From an uncultured Anaerolineaceae bacterium (GTDB taxonomy: Bacteria > Chloroflexota > Anaerolineae > Anaerolineales > DRMV01): a stretch of DNA of 41,667 bases. Numbering within the stretch: position 1 is the first letter of the stretch; each line of letters opens with the position of its first letter. The stretch is taken from positions 1-41,667 of the forward strand of contig CAYVHG010000082.1 of assembly GCA_964450875.1 (NCBI GenBank). The letters are read 5' to 3'. The position numbers were made by a program, and so were the translations under genes. The notes under the pieces are model-generated. The model saw only the letters and a list, made by a program, of their open reading frames with translations. It was not told the origin of the DNA and made no database searches. This document shows positions 41,271-41,667 of this stretch, one piece after another.

Positions 41271-41667
41271 TCAGTCGGCGGGCGGCATCACGAACTTCGG
41301 CTTGGCTTTCGCGGCCTTGCGCGGCCGCGATTTGACTTCAGGGCACTTCCACACGTCGCCAGGGTGGGCCCGGCGGATGTCGTTGAACGTCGGTAAGATG
41401 CCGCACGCATAGCACTGATTGCGGCAGTCGTCGCGGGTGCGGCCTTCTTCGCTCCAGCGGTAATCCAGCGCGAGGAAGCGTTTGCTCACTGCCGGGTTGA
41501 TGTGTTCCCACGGCAGGGGGGCTTCTAGCGGGATGGGACGATGCACCACTTCCCACGGCGAAAGGCCCACTTCCCGGAAGGCTTCCAGCCAGTGCTCGTA
41601 AACGAAATGTTCGCGCCAAGCGTCGAACTTGGCGCCGCGCTGCCAGGCGCGGTAGATGACCTCGGCC
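41271..41667 (-). CDS. C-terminal part of a radical-SAM family protein (TIGR03960-like); gene continues beyond the window
   Basis: The frame is open from the window edge: ...AEVIYRAWQRGAKFDAWREHFVYEHWLEAFREVGLSPWEVVHRPIPLEAPLPWEHINPAVSKRFLALDYRWSEEGRTRDDCRNQCYACGI... The track ORF's start (41570) is an internal GTG. The family call comes from memory of the conserved tail, not from a search. Confidence 0.6.
   Translation of the reverse strand, partial: AEVIYRAWQRGAKFDAWREHFVYEHWLEAFREVGLSPWEVVHRPIPLEAPLPWEHINPAVSKRFLALDYRWSEEGRTRDDCRNQCYACGILPTFNDIRRAHPGDVWKCPEVKSRPRKAAKAKPKFVMPPAD

Noticed and set aside
1-41667. Search for defence systems, toxin-antitoxin pairs, prophage or transposon remnants, CRISPR arrays, tRNA/rRNA genes
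   Set aside because: No integrase, transposase, recombinase, reverse transcriptase, nuclease-helicase pair, restriction-modification motif set, terminal inverted repeats or regularly spaced repeats were seen on either strand. The Lon-like protease is the LonC type, not BrxL-like, and has no BREX partners.

Overview
High-GC (roughly 65%) bacterial chromosomal segment, densely coding, with about 46 CDS and one RNA gene. Almost all of it is core housekeeping. Layout: (i) a minus-strand block at 1.3-6.6 kb: yqeY, 7TM-HD PgpH-like hydrolase, ybeY, dgkA, Nudix, AP-endonuclease-2-type TIM barrel, cupin. (ii) A ~21 kb uninterrupted plus-strand run at 6.7-27.9 kb: pdxS, pdxT, hypothetical, AAA/R3H ATPase, tmk, hypothetical, GH1 beta-glucosidase, Lon-like protease, FHA membrane protein, obg, nadD, PF04020 membrane protein, two paralogous membrane proteins, Hanks Ser/Thr kinase, tpiA, moaA, HAD, mpg, fabI, bactofilin. 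(iii) A minus-strand block at 28.0-32.3 kb: lysR, aroA, aroE, rnpB, FHA/winged-helix regulator. (iv) A divergent YeeE/YedE-like transporter, a small membrane protein and a Zn-ADH. (v) Minus-strand Ca-type P-ATPase, menH and eamA, then a lipoprotein and the 3' part of a radical-SAM gene. The only sizeable stretch the ORF track does not explain (28.7-29.1 kb) reads as a type-A RNase P RNA on the minus strand. I saw no transposase, integrase, CRISPR array, tRNA/rRNA or recognisable defence gene. Many very long ORFs in the track are stop-free antisense or off-frame artefacts of the high GC content. My honest assessment is that this is mostly ordinary core genome and I cannot point to a clear-cut novel system. 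The best candidates for undescribed biology are modest: a translationally coupled envelope module (PF04020 protein, tandem paralogous anchored proteins, Ser/Thr kinase); a LonC-type protease with a dead P-loop next to a vWA-like/FHA transmembrane protein; an FHA-wHTH regulator apparently fed by read-through from rnpB; an orphan HAS-barrel-like protein; and an atypical long YeeE-like transporter under a LysR that also heads aroA-aroE. Gene style (many FHA/STK proteins, Pro/Thr linkers, bactofilin, Ycf45-like ATPase, LonC-like protease) suggests a Chloroflexota- or Deinococcota-like organism, but that is a guess. All homology calls come from motif recognition by eye, not from searches.
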